Assembly (NCBI RefSeq): GCF_963506605.1
Contig: NC_083277.1
Span: forward strand, 114,452,001-114,516,000
Reading direction: 5' to 3'
Origin: Zootoca vivipara
Taxonomy: Eukaryota
Length of the DNA: 64,000 nucleotides
The notes under the pieces were generated by a model that saw nothing but the letters and a program-made list of their open reading frames with translations, made no database searches and was not told the origin of the DNA. This document shows positions 1 to 13,800 of this stretch, piece by piece; within the stretch, counting starts at the first letter, position 1; each line of letters begins with the position of its first letter. Made by a program: the position numbers and the translations under genes.

Positions 1-345
1 ATAGGTGAACCTACCTAATTTGCATTTACTGAAATAATATGTGAACTCAAACACAGCCACACTTCAAAATTTGCACTTCTCCAAATTTTCTCCAGCCAAG
101 AAATGCACACAGCAGGGTAAACAGGAATATACAACAATGAGTTACATTGGGGGAATGGTTTTGCAAAAATGTGTATATTGTACAAAGTTGCATTAAAATC
201 ACACTAGAAGAAACTCATCTGATGAATTTTCATAAGGACTTTAAAAAGGATTCAAACTGATGTGGAAATGTGGAGAACGGAACCTAAGATTGGAAAAGTG
301 AGAAATCAAGAAAAACTGGATTTGACATCTTTGCCCGTTCCTACA
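1..345 (+). repeat. Old dispersed repeat, related copy at ~4050-4430
   Basis: Shared segments (GTGTATATT, TGAATTTTCAT, ACTGGAAAA.TGAGAAA) between the two loci. Confidence 0.5.
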
Positions 346-2381
346 AATTGGAGATAGAATTGCTGTTATTGTGCCCCTAATTTGTGGGATGCTTTGCTTC
401 ATCTTTTTAAGGCTGCATGAGGAGGCACTTTTGTTCCCACTGGCATTCAGTGGAACCTAATGGTGAAAATTAGTTACCGTACTTGCAAAAAATCTCCCCT
501 CTGCAACTGAGTTAGCTTCCAGACAACCTGTTTATTGAGCATTCACCCTGATTTGTTTACAGGGAGATTAGAGGACCATGGCTATTTACTGAGCATTTAT
601 TCTGATCTGTTTGCAGGGAGGTTAGGCAACATTGTGTCAAGCAATGTTTTTCTGGGTGTTTTACTGTCACTTTCCTTATTGCAAAAAGCCCAACCTTCTA
701 GGGCAGTAGGTTTGTTGCACAATAGCTCCAAATCAGCTTTAATTGTACAACCTGATTTTCCTAGTTTATGAGTGAATCTCACCCAAATCAAGGGCCTTGA
801 AGCACCCTGAGTTCATGGCAAAGGGCTCCTAAAACAATTCAGATTTCTTCTTTACTTTCACTGGGCCACACCTGATCTTCCAACAGCAGAGGTGGGAAAG
901 CACTCTTTTTTGTGTTCAGCTGGCAGCATCTAGGGCTGGAGTATAAAGTTTGCCAGTGCTCAGCCCCAGAATCCTTTTTCAGTGCCAAAGCTGATTCCAG
1001 AAATATGTGAATAAGTCTTGCACATTCTCCAATAGGCAAAGTTCCAGGGATATTGCTGCTTCAGTTTAAGGTTGGGGGGGGTGTTATGAGAGAGCGCTGG
1101 AGACTTCTGGCATTTTTGTAATATTTGCCTAATGTACAAATATACAAGCAGAACACATGCGGAGACAAACATTATGAGTAGGTATGTCTTGAAGGCGGAA
1201 GATCCACTACCCACATTGGATTCCAAGAGAGACTCTGCAACTCAACATGCCTTCAGCCAAATCACAGAATGCTCTCTCTTGTTCTCTCTCTTTCTAATCT
1301 GCAAACATGCATATTTGTCCCCTCTCCTCAGGTGGAGGGGTAGGGTATCACCGTCTCCAGCTACCAGGGGACCCTGTCCAGTCCCCTGAACATCCTGGAC
1401 TCTTAGTCATCTCCCTAAGAAATTAATCTTCATCCAGCAGCCATAAAAATAATAAAAAGTGTCTCTGGGAATGTGCAGAGTGTTTTTACCATCCCCACCC
1501 CCATGCAACTGGGGCCTGTAGCTATGCAATAAAAATTAAAGAGCAGAGTTTCAGGAGACATAATATGGCATTCAGGCAAGCTTGAACTTCAAACCCCCCT
1601 CTTTGGGGTAAATGAAACACAGTCCAGTTCTAAGAGCTGGCCTGTGTGTCCCCACCCCCAACATATACCTTTCCTCTTTCTCCTCTTCCTTTCTTTCTCT
1701 GCCAACTCTTATTTTGTTTTTCTTTGAAACTTCCGCGTCCGCAAACAAAGAAGAAAATGTCTTTGTCTTGGCAATGCCTCCCAAGAAGCATTGGAGATTG
1801 GGTAAAGGGTGGGGATTAGAATATGTTTTTCAGCACATTTCCTCTCAAAATCAGAAACAAGACAGACTTTACATGGGGGTTTCCTACAGACAGACGCTGT
1901 CTCCCTGAAGGGGAGGGGGCTGCTTTTTGTAATAACACAGAGAGGATGCCTGCCCAGAAAACAAACAATGTTTCAAGGATGTAGATTTCCTATTTAATCA
2001 GCCAGTGGGGGAGGGGGGGCAGAGGTATCAGGCAAAGCCCTGAGAAAGCTGCAGAGTCTCCTACTTTGCAAGCAAGAGTGAAGTTGGCTGGGAGGGAGCC
2101 ATGCACTGTGAAGAAAATGTCAAGGTGGGTTCCTACTCACCCCCTAAACAGGGAGACGTCCCACAGCTCTGCAGTTGCACACCCAAGCCTTTTTTCCAAC
2201 GTAGCCCAGGTTAGCTCCAAAACAGCAACAGGCAACCCAGCTCAGCAGGAGCTGTCCATGGTTTGTCTCTTCTGCACCGTCCTGCTTGCCTCTCAGCAGT
2301 TTCTGACTGCCACACCTACTTCCTCTCCGCGCTGCCTCCCACCAAAGGATCTCCTCCTCCTCTTCTCAGATCAAAGGGCTG

Positions 2382-2422
2382 CAAAGTCAACAGGGTTAAT
2401 CATTACGTTGCTAGCAAAGTGC
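2382..2422 (+). promoter_or_regulatory. HNF1 site flanked by HNF4-like half sites (candidate hepatic/intestinal enhancer)
   Basis: GGTTAATCATTAC at 2394-2406 between CAAAGTCA (2382) and CAAAGTGC (2415). Confidence 0.45.
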
Positions 2423-4434
2423 CCATCAATTTGATGGATGGAAGGAGTGCCTGTGTGTTTATGTGTGCATGTAAGGAGAGATTTGCAAGGATCTCCTGCA
2501 TATTTCAAAAGCCTGTGCACTCTGTGCCCAAAGAGCAGTGCTTCCCAAACTTTGGTTCTCCAGCTGTTTTTGAACTACAATTCCCATCATCTCTGACCAC
2601 TGGTCCTGCTAGCTAGGGATGATGAGAGTTGTAGTCCAAAGACAGCTGGAGACCCAAATTTGGAAAATGCTGCTATAGAGACACAGTGGACACTCATCCC
2701 ACCAAGGCCTCTGTCACGCTACCAATTGTGAGTGACTGAGAGCAGGTTTGAGCCTCAACACGGTTCTGAGTGCTTTACTTCTCCCTCCATTGGAGAATGG
2801 CAGTCACTCACTTATATGAAAAGAATGAAAAGGTGCAGTTGGAGATGCCCTATAGTGGGGCTATGGCCCTCCACAGGCTCTCCATCCTTGATCTAGAGGA
2901 CAGATGACCAACTGGTGACCCTTGAGCTAAGTCATAATGCTGTCCATCTTTTACTAGTTCCACCACATTGTAAAAAAAAAACTTATTTTTTTTTTTTAAT
3001 GTGCAGTTTCACTTGAGAGGAAAATAACTAATGGATTGCACATATTCAATATATGTTTTGTAGTATTCCCAGTTTTACATACAGAGGGAAGGACCTGCTT
3101 GAGTTGGTCTTTTAGAAATTTCAGCATCCTCCATAACAAATGTTCTCCATAGTAGTGAATCCAGGCCCGGGCCTCCTCATGAGGCAGAGGCACCCACCTT
3201 GCTTCTGGCGAGAATTCTCCGGAAGCTGCCGCTGCCACCACCTCTTTGTAGGTGCTGCTATGCAATGCAGGCACTAGCAGTGGGGTGGCAACGAGGAGGA
3301 GGAGACATGTTCCTGCATCATCTCAAGCGGCGCAATGGAGTGCACCACCCGAGTGAATCAGCTACTGCTAGTTCAGGGTGGTCCAGCATGCAGCAAGCTC
3401 CACAGCAGGCAGCAATCAGGGGCTTCAGGACCACATGGCAGCACACAGGGCCCCCATAGGAAGAGCCACCACATGCCATCGGCACAGACTGGCATGCAAG
3501 AGAAGGGGTGGGGGAGACAAGGGAGGGAACCTGTGCTTCGGGTATAGAGAATATAAGCTTGTTTTTTGCTAAAACTTGGTGCCCCTACTTTGGACACTTG
3601 CTTTTGCAAGAATGTATTGTATTCAATAAACTCTTTGCTACTTCACTGATTTTGTTCAGACTGCATTTGGTTATGGGTTTTGGGACCTACGTTTTATATC
3701 TCACATGGGGGTGGAGGGTGGTGAGTCTGAGGTAAAAAGTGAAGGAGAAAGAGAGCATGACCTATAAATATAACTGCGTATAAATAGGGATGAAGGCTGA
3801 GGTAAGAAAGAAAAAGGGAATAAGTGACCCAAGAGATGTGGAGGCAAAAACAAGTGAAGCTAAAAAGCCAAGGGGAGGAATGGGCTAAAAGCAAGGGGGG
3901 TGCAGATGAGGGGAAATGGTGTGAGGGTACAGGCTGAGGTGAAGAAAAGTGTTTAAAAGAAGCGCAAGAGTGTAAAAATGGGAGATACTGTGAGCTGCGC
4001 CCCTCACTGATGCTGTATCACATCCTCCTTTAGCCACTTAAGAGCAAATCTATGAAATTTCTGAAACAATATGAAAACCGAAACACATCCGTCCTTTTAA
4101 ATTCACACTCATCCAAACTTTGCAGTGCAGTTCTGAAAACCAACCAATGTTTACACAAATGCATATATTAGGGGGAAATGTAATCTCAAATGCATATATC
4201 AATGAAGATAACGTATAGAAGTGCAATATAAGCGGATGAATTGCTTGCAAATATGTGTACATTAGTCAAAACTGCATACAAAAATGTGTTCATTAGGGAA
4301 AATCATGCCGGTGAATTTTCATGAGGTTCCCCCCCCCCTAAAAAAAAAGAAAGAAAGAAAAGAAAACAAGACATCAGATTGCTGCAGAAATGAGGAAAGC
4401 TGGATTTAAGACTGGAAAAATGAGAAACAGAGAG

Positions 4435-5100
4435 ATAAAGGAGATGGTGTTGGACTTCCAGAGGAAGAGAGGAGGACTAGCCCCGCTGTACATCAGGGAG
4501 GGCTGTGTGGAGAGAGTCTCTTCCTTTAAATTCCTAGGAGTTTATCTCCGTGAAGAACTTACTTGGAAAATCAATACAACCCAACAGAGACTCCATTTCC
4601 TTAGAGTATTGCAAAAGAACGATGTCAATCAACATATGATGATCTCCTTCTACCGGTCCACAATAGAAAATGTCCTTTCATACTGCATCACAGTGTGGTA
4701 TGCTGACTTGACATCAATGGATAGGAAGTGACTACAGAGGGTGGTGAATACAGCACAACATATTATGGGCTGTCCCATGAATCCGCTGGATGACATCGCG
4801 GAAGACCGTTGCCTCAGGAGAATGAGGAAAATTCTTAGGGATGATTCACACCCTGGCCGGCACTTTTTTGATCTCCTGCCCTCGGGCAGAAGATATAGAA
4901 GCATGATTAGTCGCACCAACAGGGTAAAGAACAGCTTCTATCCGCGGGCTGTTAGGCTGCTGAATGAAAAGATAACAACAGGGCAACTGACTTTCGGGTT
5001 CGGTGGGTGTGCGTCAGTAAATGAGGGGAATTAAGACTGGTAAGAGCTGGGTAATCATGTAATCTCACTGTATACAAGTTGTACAAGTGACAAAGCATTT
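4435..5100 (+). mobile_element. 5'-truncated Rex1/Babar-type LINE (RT C-terminal region), degenerate
   Basis: ORFs 4390-4731 and 4741-5034 read KEMVLDF..VERVSSFKFLGV..QQRLHFLR..FYRSTIE..YCITVWY..DSHPG..F.LLPSGRRYRS..RTNR.KNSFYP.AVRLLN. One in-frame stop at 4729-4731. Confidence 0.85.
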
Positions 5101-6888
5101 CAATGTGAAATGGGAAGATCCTTCCACCCCTAAGTGGGAGTGTGCTGGATGCAGAGTGTGTACACAGCCATGGTGTGTGTTTGGGCCTTGCCAGAGTCTT
5201 ATGACACCTAAAAAGCTAACAAATTGATGGCAGTATGAGCTTAGTTGAACTGGTGACTATCAGATACACAATGTTGGCAGAGCTGCTGGTATACATGCAT
5301 ATGATGGGCTCTGCGGAGATTATAAACAGAAATCCTACAAGGTCTGAGGAAAAGAAATGCAGAAATGACGAACATTGTCAGTGACCCTTCTTAACCGGCA
5401 CCCTTCACAAAGCAGGGCAGGTGGTAACGCAAAGTTTCCTGGCTTTGTAGCAATGACCAGAGGGGTAGCCATGTGAAAAGCCTCTCGCAGCAAACACAAC
5501 AAAAGAGTTTTGTGGCACCATCAAGTCTTTAAGCTAATTAACACACATGTGGAGAGAAGGAAGGAGAAACCAGCCCAAGATATTTTGCTGCCTGAGGTAA
5601 AGAACAAGATGGCGCCTCCCCCACCCCCACCCCCATCCCAGTTACAAAAGCTGTCCAGACCAGCAATTGAATCTAATTGAATCTTTTATTGGAGTTTACC
5701 ATCTGCTGTATTATGTATCTTAGATTCAATAGGGTTGTTGTTTTTAAAAAGTTCTAAACTCTTTGTGTGGAAACTCACTAACCTATTTAGTACTAACCTA
5801 TTTTGTATTTAACTTGCCTTCTGTTGTAACCTGTATGAATCTAAATAAAACTAAATAAATAAATCTGACGGCGGCACTGTCAATGGGACAGCTTCTGGCA
5901 CCTGAGGGCAGCAACCTAGCTTAGGCTGCGCGTTCCCGCCTTGCAAGCTCTGTCTACTCATTGCCCTTCAACATCTACCACCTGAGGCATTTGCCTCACT
6001 TTGCCACATATCAGAGCCAGCCCTGGCAGGTCTGTCACATGCTTCATAATTGTCCATTCAGTGGTGTTATAATTAGGCCTCGTTCTCTCTGACATACTTT
6101 ATAAAGTACATTTTCCCACCCAAAAACGTGGGAACTGTAGTTGGTTAACATGCTGGGAACTGTAGCTGTGTGAGGGGGGGAAACTACAGTTCCCATGATT
6201 CTTTGAAGGGTGGGAATGTGCTTTATGAGGTAAAATTGATTAGATACGAAGACAGATTTCACGATGACATTGCTGGATGGGAGATTACCACTATTCATCC
6301 CCACCACTATAAATGATCTTTGGCATCTTCTCTTATCTAAATTCTGAAACAATGGTTTAAGCTCCTCAATGACGTTTGAATCGCCGCCGCCTTTTGGAAA
6401 AATATCAGATGAAGGGCATTATATCTAGAATATACATGATCTTAATGGGAATTAAGGCAAAAAGAGATGGATGACTTTTCTCAGAAGGAGAAGAAATGAA
6501 GTGTTAAATTAGATGATAAGTGTTAGAATTTTGTTTTGAGAGAATGGCTGCTGTTTACAACTTGTGTGAGTGCAAGAGACACATGTTTTAAACTAATTGC
6601 CAGATGGAGCATCGCCCCTTGGCAACAGAAAAGAATTACTCATCAAGGCTAAGGCCCCTTACCTCCAGTATTTCAGTAGTGAGTTGAGACTCATCAGCCA
6701 AACACTTACGTATTTGTACCTCACTCTTCAAAAAGAAAAAGATAGACTTTTCCAGTAGAACTAAGCTAATGCTGTTCTGTGCAACCCTCAGTTCTTATGA
6801 ATCTGTGTCCCAAAGTATAAAAGGTACCTTTCTATATAGAAATCCTTGATCCACAAAAGAGGTAATATTTTGACTATATTGTGGTTTT

Positions 6889-6906
6889 ATTGCCACCTAG
6901 TGGCCA
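6889..6906 (-). promoter_or_regulatory. CTCF-like motif
   Basis: TGCCACCTAGTGGCCA; its reverse complement TGGCCACTAGGTGGCA closely matches the CTCF core consensus. Confidence 0.55.
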
Positions 6907-7599
6907 AAAGGCCAGAAGGCAGCTTAATTTTGCTGGGCCGGTTGTGAACTCAGTCTCAGAACAAATCAAAACCTTCCTGCTTTGCCTTTTAGCTTCATCA
7001 TTGTATAGCTTCTCCCATATGCTGAGGATACTTCTAGCTGATTTTAATATTGCATTTCTGCATTGTTGTAATTTGCAGAAGGCAAAATGGCCAGAACCTC
7101 CCCTGACACATCAGCTGCAACTTTAAGAATTTCTGCTTGTGCTTGCTCTTCCCTCCTCCCTCCCCATTCCTTTTTCCTCATGTGCCATGTCTTTTTAGAT
7201 TGTGAACTCGAGGATAGTGATTGTCGTAGAACTCAATTGTATGCTGCTCTGAGAGCCCTTTAAGCTAAAAAGGGGTGGGGTGGAGTGGGATAATTAACGC
7301 TGTAAATGAACAATACACATACTTACACATTCTAAAATGGCTTTTTTCCCCAGCTCCAAAGAATAAGGGCAGCAGATCCACATGCTTTAAATGTGTGTTG
7401 ACTGTGCATTTAATGTATGGCGTGGACCTGCCCTAAATGTGCCTCTTAATTTAATTCAAAAAAATCTTTAATTTAATTTGGGGTGTGTGGGTGAAAGAGC
7501 ACCTTCGATATCAGAAGCCTTGGAAACATGTCTCTCTTCAAGCTGTTCACCAAAGAAGTCAGAAGTGACCAACTCTGAGTGCAGAAGTCTGGCTGCATG

Positions 7600-7763
7600 A
7601 TCCTAAGTGCTTCAAGCCTGATAAGGCTTTATCTTATCACTGCACTAATGATCTGCAATTTCAGGGGAGGACTTTACTCCCCTCCCGCCAGTGAGTCATC
7701 TGACCAGCTGGCCAGAGTGCGGAATTGGAATCAAACCATTGGGACTCAAAATTCAGTCCTACC
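7600..7763 (+). promoter_or_regulatory. SOAT2 proximal promoter
   Basis: Three GATA cores (7619-7638), HNF4-like GGACTTTA (7669) and AP-1 TGAGTCA (7692) within 150 bp of the ATG. Confidence 0.45.
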
Positions 7764-7860
7764 ATGGAGCCTAGGGAGTCAGGCACCGAAAACCTGAGGC
7801 AAAGGAGATCCCAGGAGAAGCCCCAAAATGAAGAGGAAGCGTCACAACAAGTACCAAATG
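7764..7860 (+). CDS. SOAT2: SOAT2 coding exon 1 ([15 protein letters not shown]...)
   Basis: Kozak accATGG at 7761-7767; donor G|GTGAG at 7861; MEP start as in mammalian SOAT2. Confidence 0.85.
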
Positions 7861-10800
7861 GTGAGGAGCAGGGCTTTTTTCCCCCAGGGGGAACTCACAA
7901 GAACTCAGTTCCGGCGCTTCCCAGGTGGGGAGGGAAAGAGGGAGGTGTTCTTGGTGAATTCCAGCACCTCTTTTCCTAGAAAAATAGCACTGGTGAGGAA
8001 GCATCTCAGGGAAAGTTCTGGGGCATGATGCTGCAAAGGAATGCTAAGAAAGCTTTGCTGAAAATGACTGGGAGTGCATGGGGACCCATAGGAAAAGCTA
8101 AGGGCTGGGCTTTCGAGCCAATGGTTTTTGTTGCAGCTGCTGACACAAAGGAACTTGCCTTGCTTTACATGTGCCCCTTTTTTTAAAAAAAAAACCTCAG
8201 AAACTGGGGTGGAAGGAAGACAAAGCATCTCAGGAGGGTGGTAGTGGTGAGAGATACCCTCAGGCCTGAAGAGTGACATGGGTTGGTTAGCAATGATCAC
8301 CTGCTTGTTCATTAAGGAAGTGGCAGGGTTGGGAGGAAGGCAAAGGGAGTTCAGCAGTGGCAGGCTGGCTGAGCTATGGAAATGGGTGAACAGTTTGCTA
8401 GGTATTGTCCAGAAACAGGGGGTGCTTCCAGTGAGGTTACCACATTTTGGGGTGGGACTCAATCACATACAGGCAAATTTTGGTTCTGCAGTAACAGTTG
8501 CTTTGGCAAACTTGCACAACAGAACTGATCCTCCCCAAACCCCACCAAATTTGACTTTTTACAATAAGGAAAGTGACATGGAAATGCTTGGTGTAAGATT
8601 GTCTAACCTCCCTACATTTTTTAAAAAATGTTTTATTAATTTCCCACTAGGAACACAACTGTTAATATTACACTGAACTTCAAACAGAGTTGTCTTCCTT
8701 CCATAACCATGTCAATAAATGTTAAGTTCCCATCGTTGGTAGTGTTGCTAAAAGTTTCATATTAACACATAGTTTCTTGCCTTTTTCTTACATCGGCTAC
8801 AGCTTGATATATCTGGCTATATTTGGTCCAATTTTACTAGACCAATTTTAATTGTTAACAGGTTAAAGGCACATCTGTGATTATTCCAACTTTTCATACT
8901 GTCAACATTGAGTTTTAGTTGTGTAATAAAATGAGATAATGTATTTAATGAATGCAACCTAGCCTAGCTCTTCCTTTTTGGTGGTCTTTTGAGACAAGCA
9001 CATTTTCCTTGCTGGTTTTATACACTGAATCATGACATTTGTTAGAGGTGTTAACAAAAGCAAGCTGTCCTCCTCCATTATCTTCCGGAAGTATCTGAAA
9101 ATGGGGAAAATGTCAAGCGGATAACTGGGTATGTTAACACCCCTCAAACCAGTTTAGCTGTTTCTCTCAGTAAGTTAAACAAAAACAAATTACTTCTCTT
9201 TCAGTGTACAGTATCTGAAGAAGTGTGCATGCACACGAAAGCTCATACCTATGACAAACTTAGTTGGTCTCTAAGGTGCTACTGGAAGGAATTTTTTATT
9301 TTTTGTTTCGACTACGTCAGACCAACACGGCTACTTACCTGTAAATTACTGTAGGTTGCAGTTCTAGGCAAATTAAACTAGAAGTTCCATTGCACTCAGC
9401 AGGGCTACTTCTGCATAGACATGTGTAGGACTACGCTGTTAGCCATTAATCCTTTCACAGCTCTGAAAAGAAATAGGAATTGCCAGCTATTAGAAATAGT
9501 CATTCTCTCCACCCCACAACTTTACCACCTGTGTTATCAAGCATTTCTTGGCACTATTGCTGAATTCTACTACAGTAACCAATCTAACTTTGGCCACATG
9601 CAAAGCTCAGCAGTGAGCTATCAAGTGTCCATTGGACCACTATGTTCCTGAACATCTTCCTTTGCCATCTCTAATTATTTAGGGGACGCCAAACACCTGG
9701 ACATCATCACTGCTCATATCCAGTGGAAGAGACATGTGGAGGTAACAACAGTTGCTTTCAGAAGCATTGCCTGGGATGGAAAGTGCCCTGGGTGAGGCAG
9801 ATAATCTCCTAGCCCTTTTGCATGGGGAGGAGAGTAGTCAGTCAGTAAGGCCAGGGACGGGGAACCTGTGGCTCTCCAGTAGACTGTAATCCCAAACTTC
9901 CCTTACCTGTTGACCATGCTGGCTGATGCTGATGGGAACTGAAGCACAGTAACATGTGGAGGGCCATAGGTTTCTCACCTCTGCTGTAAGGCCATGAACC
10001 AACCATTAGGATGTCGCTCAGAGCCAGAGTGTCATTCAGTAACTAACTTGTGGGAATTCAATGGTGGTCAGGCCCTCAATGCTTTCCCAAGAGCTGGCGT
10101 TATCGTTTACATCCGTATCATGATACAGTACTGGTTTCATAATTTTTGACCTGGCAATATATTGCAATTAATGGTTGTGTGTGTGTGTGTGTGTGTGTGT
10201 GTACTATGCAAAAATCACAATGTGGGCAATACTGTGAAGCCAGCCAATGCCTCTACACAGCTCCATCCTTATTTCAGACATCGTGATATATCGGTATATC
10301 ATGATTTTTAGCTGGTGATATACAGTCGTACCTTGGAAGTCAAACGGAATCCGTTCCGGAATTCCATTTGACTTCCAAAACATTTGGAAACCAAGGCACA
10401 GCTTCTGATTGGCTGCAGGAAGCTCCTGCAGCCAATTGGAAGCTGCGGAAGCTGTGCCGTATGTTCGGGTTCCAAAGAATGTTCATGAACCGGAACACGC
10501 ACCTCCAGGTTTACGGCATTCAGGAGCCAAAACATTTGAGTCACAAGGTGTTCATCAACCAAGGTACGACTGTTTTGCAATATTGAAAACCAGATATCAC
10601 CCAGTCCAAGACATAAGTCCATAATTTAAATTTAAATTAATTGCATTTAAAAGCAGTGAGCAAGTGTTTGAGCAGGTGACCTGTGTGCCTAGTCATTCTG
10701 CTGTCTGGGTTATGCTAACTGTTAACAAGCAAATTCAGGGGCCCGCTCCTTGTTCTCCCTTCCTGTGGTCGTTTATCCTTAAGCAGGGTTTGGACAGGAC

Positions 10801-13800
10801 TTCATACAGAGAACTCCTTCAAACAAAGGATCATCCTCTGTCAAGCAGGACTTTTCATCACCTGAAATGAGGCAAAAGCTCCCAGAGGATAACAGAGAAG
10901 GGGATGAGGAAAAAGCCCTGGGGTTGTAGGGTGGGTCTTTCCTAGGCAGTAAAAAGGTAAAGGTAAAGGACCCCTGACAGTTAAGTCCAGTCACAGACGA
11001 TTCTGGGGTTGCAGCACTCATTTCGCTTTACAGGCCGAGGTAGCCGGCGTTTGTCCACAGACAGTTTTTCCAGGTCATGTGGCCAGCATGACTAAGCTGC
11101 TTTTGGTGAAACAGAACACCAAAACCAGAGCAGCACACAGAAAACCGTTTACCTTCCTGCTGGAGCAGTACCTATTTATCTACTTGCACTTTTTGGAGTG
11201 CTTTCAAAGTGCTAGGTGGGCAGGAGCAGGGACTGAACAACAGGAGCTGACCCCGCCGTAGGGATTCAAACCGCCAACCTTCTGATCAGCAAGCCCAAGA
11301 GGCTCAGTGGTTTAGACCACAGCGCCACCCGCGTCCCTTTTGCTAGATAGTATGACCCCAATTGGGGGTGTGTGTGGAGGGTGGCGTGAGAAGAACTTGT
11401 CTTTTACGTCTGTGCTCCAGGGCGACGGTGGGCAAGGGAAATGGTTAATCTCCTGGTGTTTTCTTGGCAGGCGATGAAGTCAGAGCTTCTGGAGCAGGTC
11501 CACACTCAGCTCAGTGAGCTGCTGGACAAAGTATTGGAAGAAGCGGCATACTCCTTTCCCCCTCGTTTGAGGAACAGCTTAGCAAAGCAAGCAAGCAGGT
11601 AACCTGGCTTTTTAACAGCCAGCTCCACTATGACCTCTGCTTTCCCAACAACAGCAAATACAGGTGCAAAGTCTAAGCAAACTAGGGGCGCTTTTGGACT
11701 TCCGCTATTTTCAGGCGAGATTCAAACACATATTTGGCAAATTCAGGTTCTGCACTCGCCCTTGATTGGGAGGTATCATTTAACAAACTTGCTTCCATGA
11801 AGAGATCGGACTTTTTTGTGATAATGGGGAAATGCACTGGATAACAATACAGTGGTACCTCGGGTTACAGGCGCTTCAGGTTATAGACTCCGCTAACCCA
11901 GAAGTAGTACCGGTACCTTGGGTTAAGAACTTTGCTTCAGGATGAGAACAGAATTCGTGCCCTAGCGGCACAGCGGCAGTGGGAAGCCCCATTAGCTAAA
12001 GTGGTACCTCAGGTTAAGAATAGTTTCATGTTAAGAACGGACCTCCAGAACAAATTAAGTTCTTAACCTGAGGTACCACTGTATGATCTAATCTCCCTTA
12101 AAACAAATCAGCATTGAATGCTCACTCAGGAAGTGCTCTGGAAACACTCAGAAGCTGAAACACACAATAATGTTAGGCAAAAGCAAAGTGGCCACAAACA
12201 ATTCAACCTTCATTCAAAGGATTGGCTAAAACATAAACAAAAAAGGTCCTATGTCCTTCCTTGAAAGGTGACAAAGTGGAAGCTGAAGGCGAATGAGATA
12301 ATGAAATGGTATTACCGGTATCTACGATAATCTCAGGAACTGGTAAACTCCAAACTAGACGGATGGAAAGATACCCCCAAGATTTCAAGTTGCTCCTAAG
12401 AGATAACTAACCATTTTTAAAGCACTGAAAATGTGTACTAAGTGTTTTAAAACAACATCATGATGTTCCTGACACCAGGCATTAGCCACGACCCCTATCT
12501 GTCACGCCATTTCTTATGAAACACTACATTTTTGATGTGTTCTCCCTCAAACCACTTTCGATCCGAATTAAGAACATGAACAGCCTGGCTGCATTTTGAG
12601 CCAGCAATGTGTACGCAGCCTTTGTCTATGGCAGCCAAGAGGAATGGTTGTGTTATATGAATTCTAAGGTCTCAAATACAGAATATTCATAAATGCACAC
12701 ATATTTAAATATCTAAACCGTGTCTGAAATAGTGCAGGAGACCAATCCAGAAGCCATTTTGACTCTCCCAATGACCTCAAATATTCCTCTGCAGTAAGGG
12801 AGGCAAATGGGAAAAGCCCTCCCCCCACCATTGTCTTTTCGCTTACAAATCCTGTCTTAAGGGCGTATTTGTGTATGAATAGGGTGGCCTGGATTCAGCA
12901 ACTAAAGTACATCACAAAATAATGGCCAGGCTGCCCAGGTAATGCAATCAGCAGACACTATCAGGTATCCTGGCAGACAGGATTTCTGATGTAGACCGCC
13001 TCCTATGATGTATGTATGATGATTGGGGGTGGTGGTCTTTGGCTAAGGGGGTTGGGCAATGTCAAAAGTCTTTAAAGGTTGCTGCACACTTTTGTTCAGG
13101 GTCTTTCCCTCCTTGGAAGGAGGGGAGGGAACTCTGTAGCAACAGAAATATAAATATCTGTCTTGTTTTCCACTGGATCCTGTGTCCATCCATTCTTCTC
13201 TGACCGATCAGGGACTTAGGAGACTCAGATTCCCACGGGGAGCTGGGCAGCAAAAGCCAAACCCCAATTTTAACATCAGTTGCTAATGCATATAAGATGA
13301 CAGAGCACCAAATGGCAACTCAAGGAGCAAGTCAACCTCTAGTTATGTGCCTGGGGTGGGGGTGGTACCCTGCAGCAATTAAGTAATGTTCTTTTTTCCT
13401 TGCCCAGAAACAACTGGGGTCTAAGAGATCATGCTAACCATTCCCTGCCTTGGAACCTTGCAGGGAGAAAAGCCCACTGCAGGAGAAGCAGAAAGTGTTT
13501 GTTGAACGACAGTCGTTGCTTGAGTGAGTATCCTGCTCTCTTGCATGCTCTTGAAATAAAAAGAGGACTACTAAGGGGAGGCCCTCTTGTGCCATATAAG
13601 TAACTTCCCAGTAAGTCCTTGAGTGAGTTGCTGGTGACTCAATAATATGAGGTAAAGCAGGCATGGCAAATGTGTGGCCTTCTAGATGCTGATAGTCAAA
13701 GAGTGAACTGGCAGTAAGTAGATCACACCATCCAAAGTTGGAGTGAACTCTTAATTAACAAAAAGCACGGTCTTCGCAGACTTGCCTGAGTGTCAGGCCA

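Noticed and set aside
960-1226. Minus-strand ORF with a hydrophobic stretch (TYLLIMFVSACVLLVYLYI)
   Set aside because: It starts at TTG rather than ATG, has no convincing splice partners and no recognisable family; likely chance in AT-rich DNA.
1-7700. IGFBP6, which lies immediately upstream of SOAT2 in human
   Set aside because: I found no IGFBP or thyroglobulin-type (CWCV) coding exon on either strand. It may lie outside the window or be absent.
10951-11337. tRNA genes suggested by A/B-box-like sequences
   Set aside because: These are tRNA-derived heads of Sauria/Squam3 SINEs; no complete cloverleaf is present.
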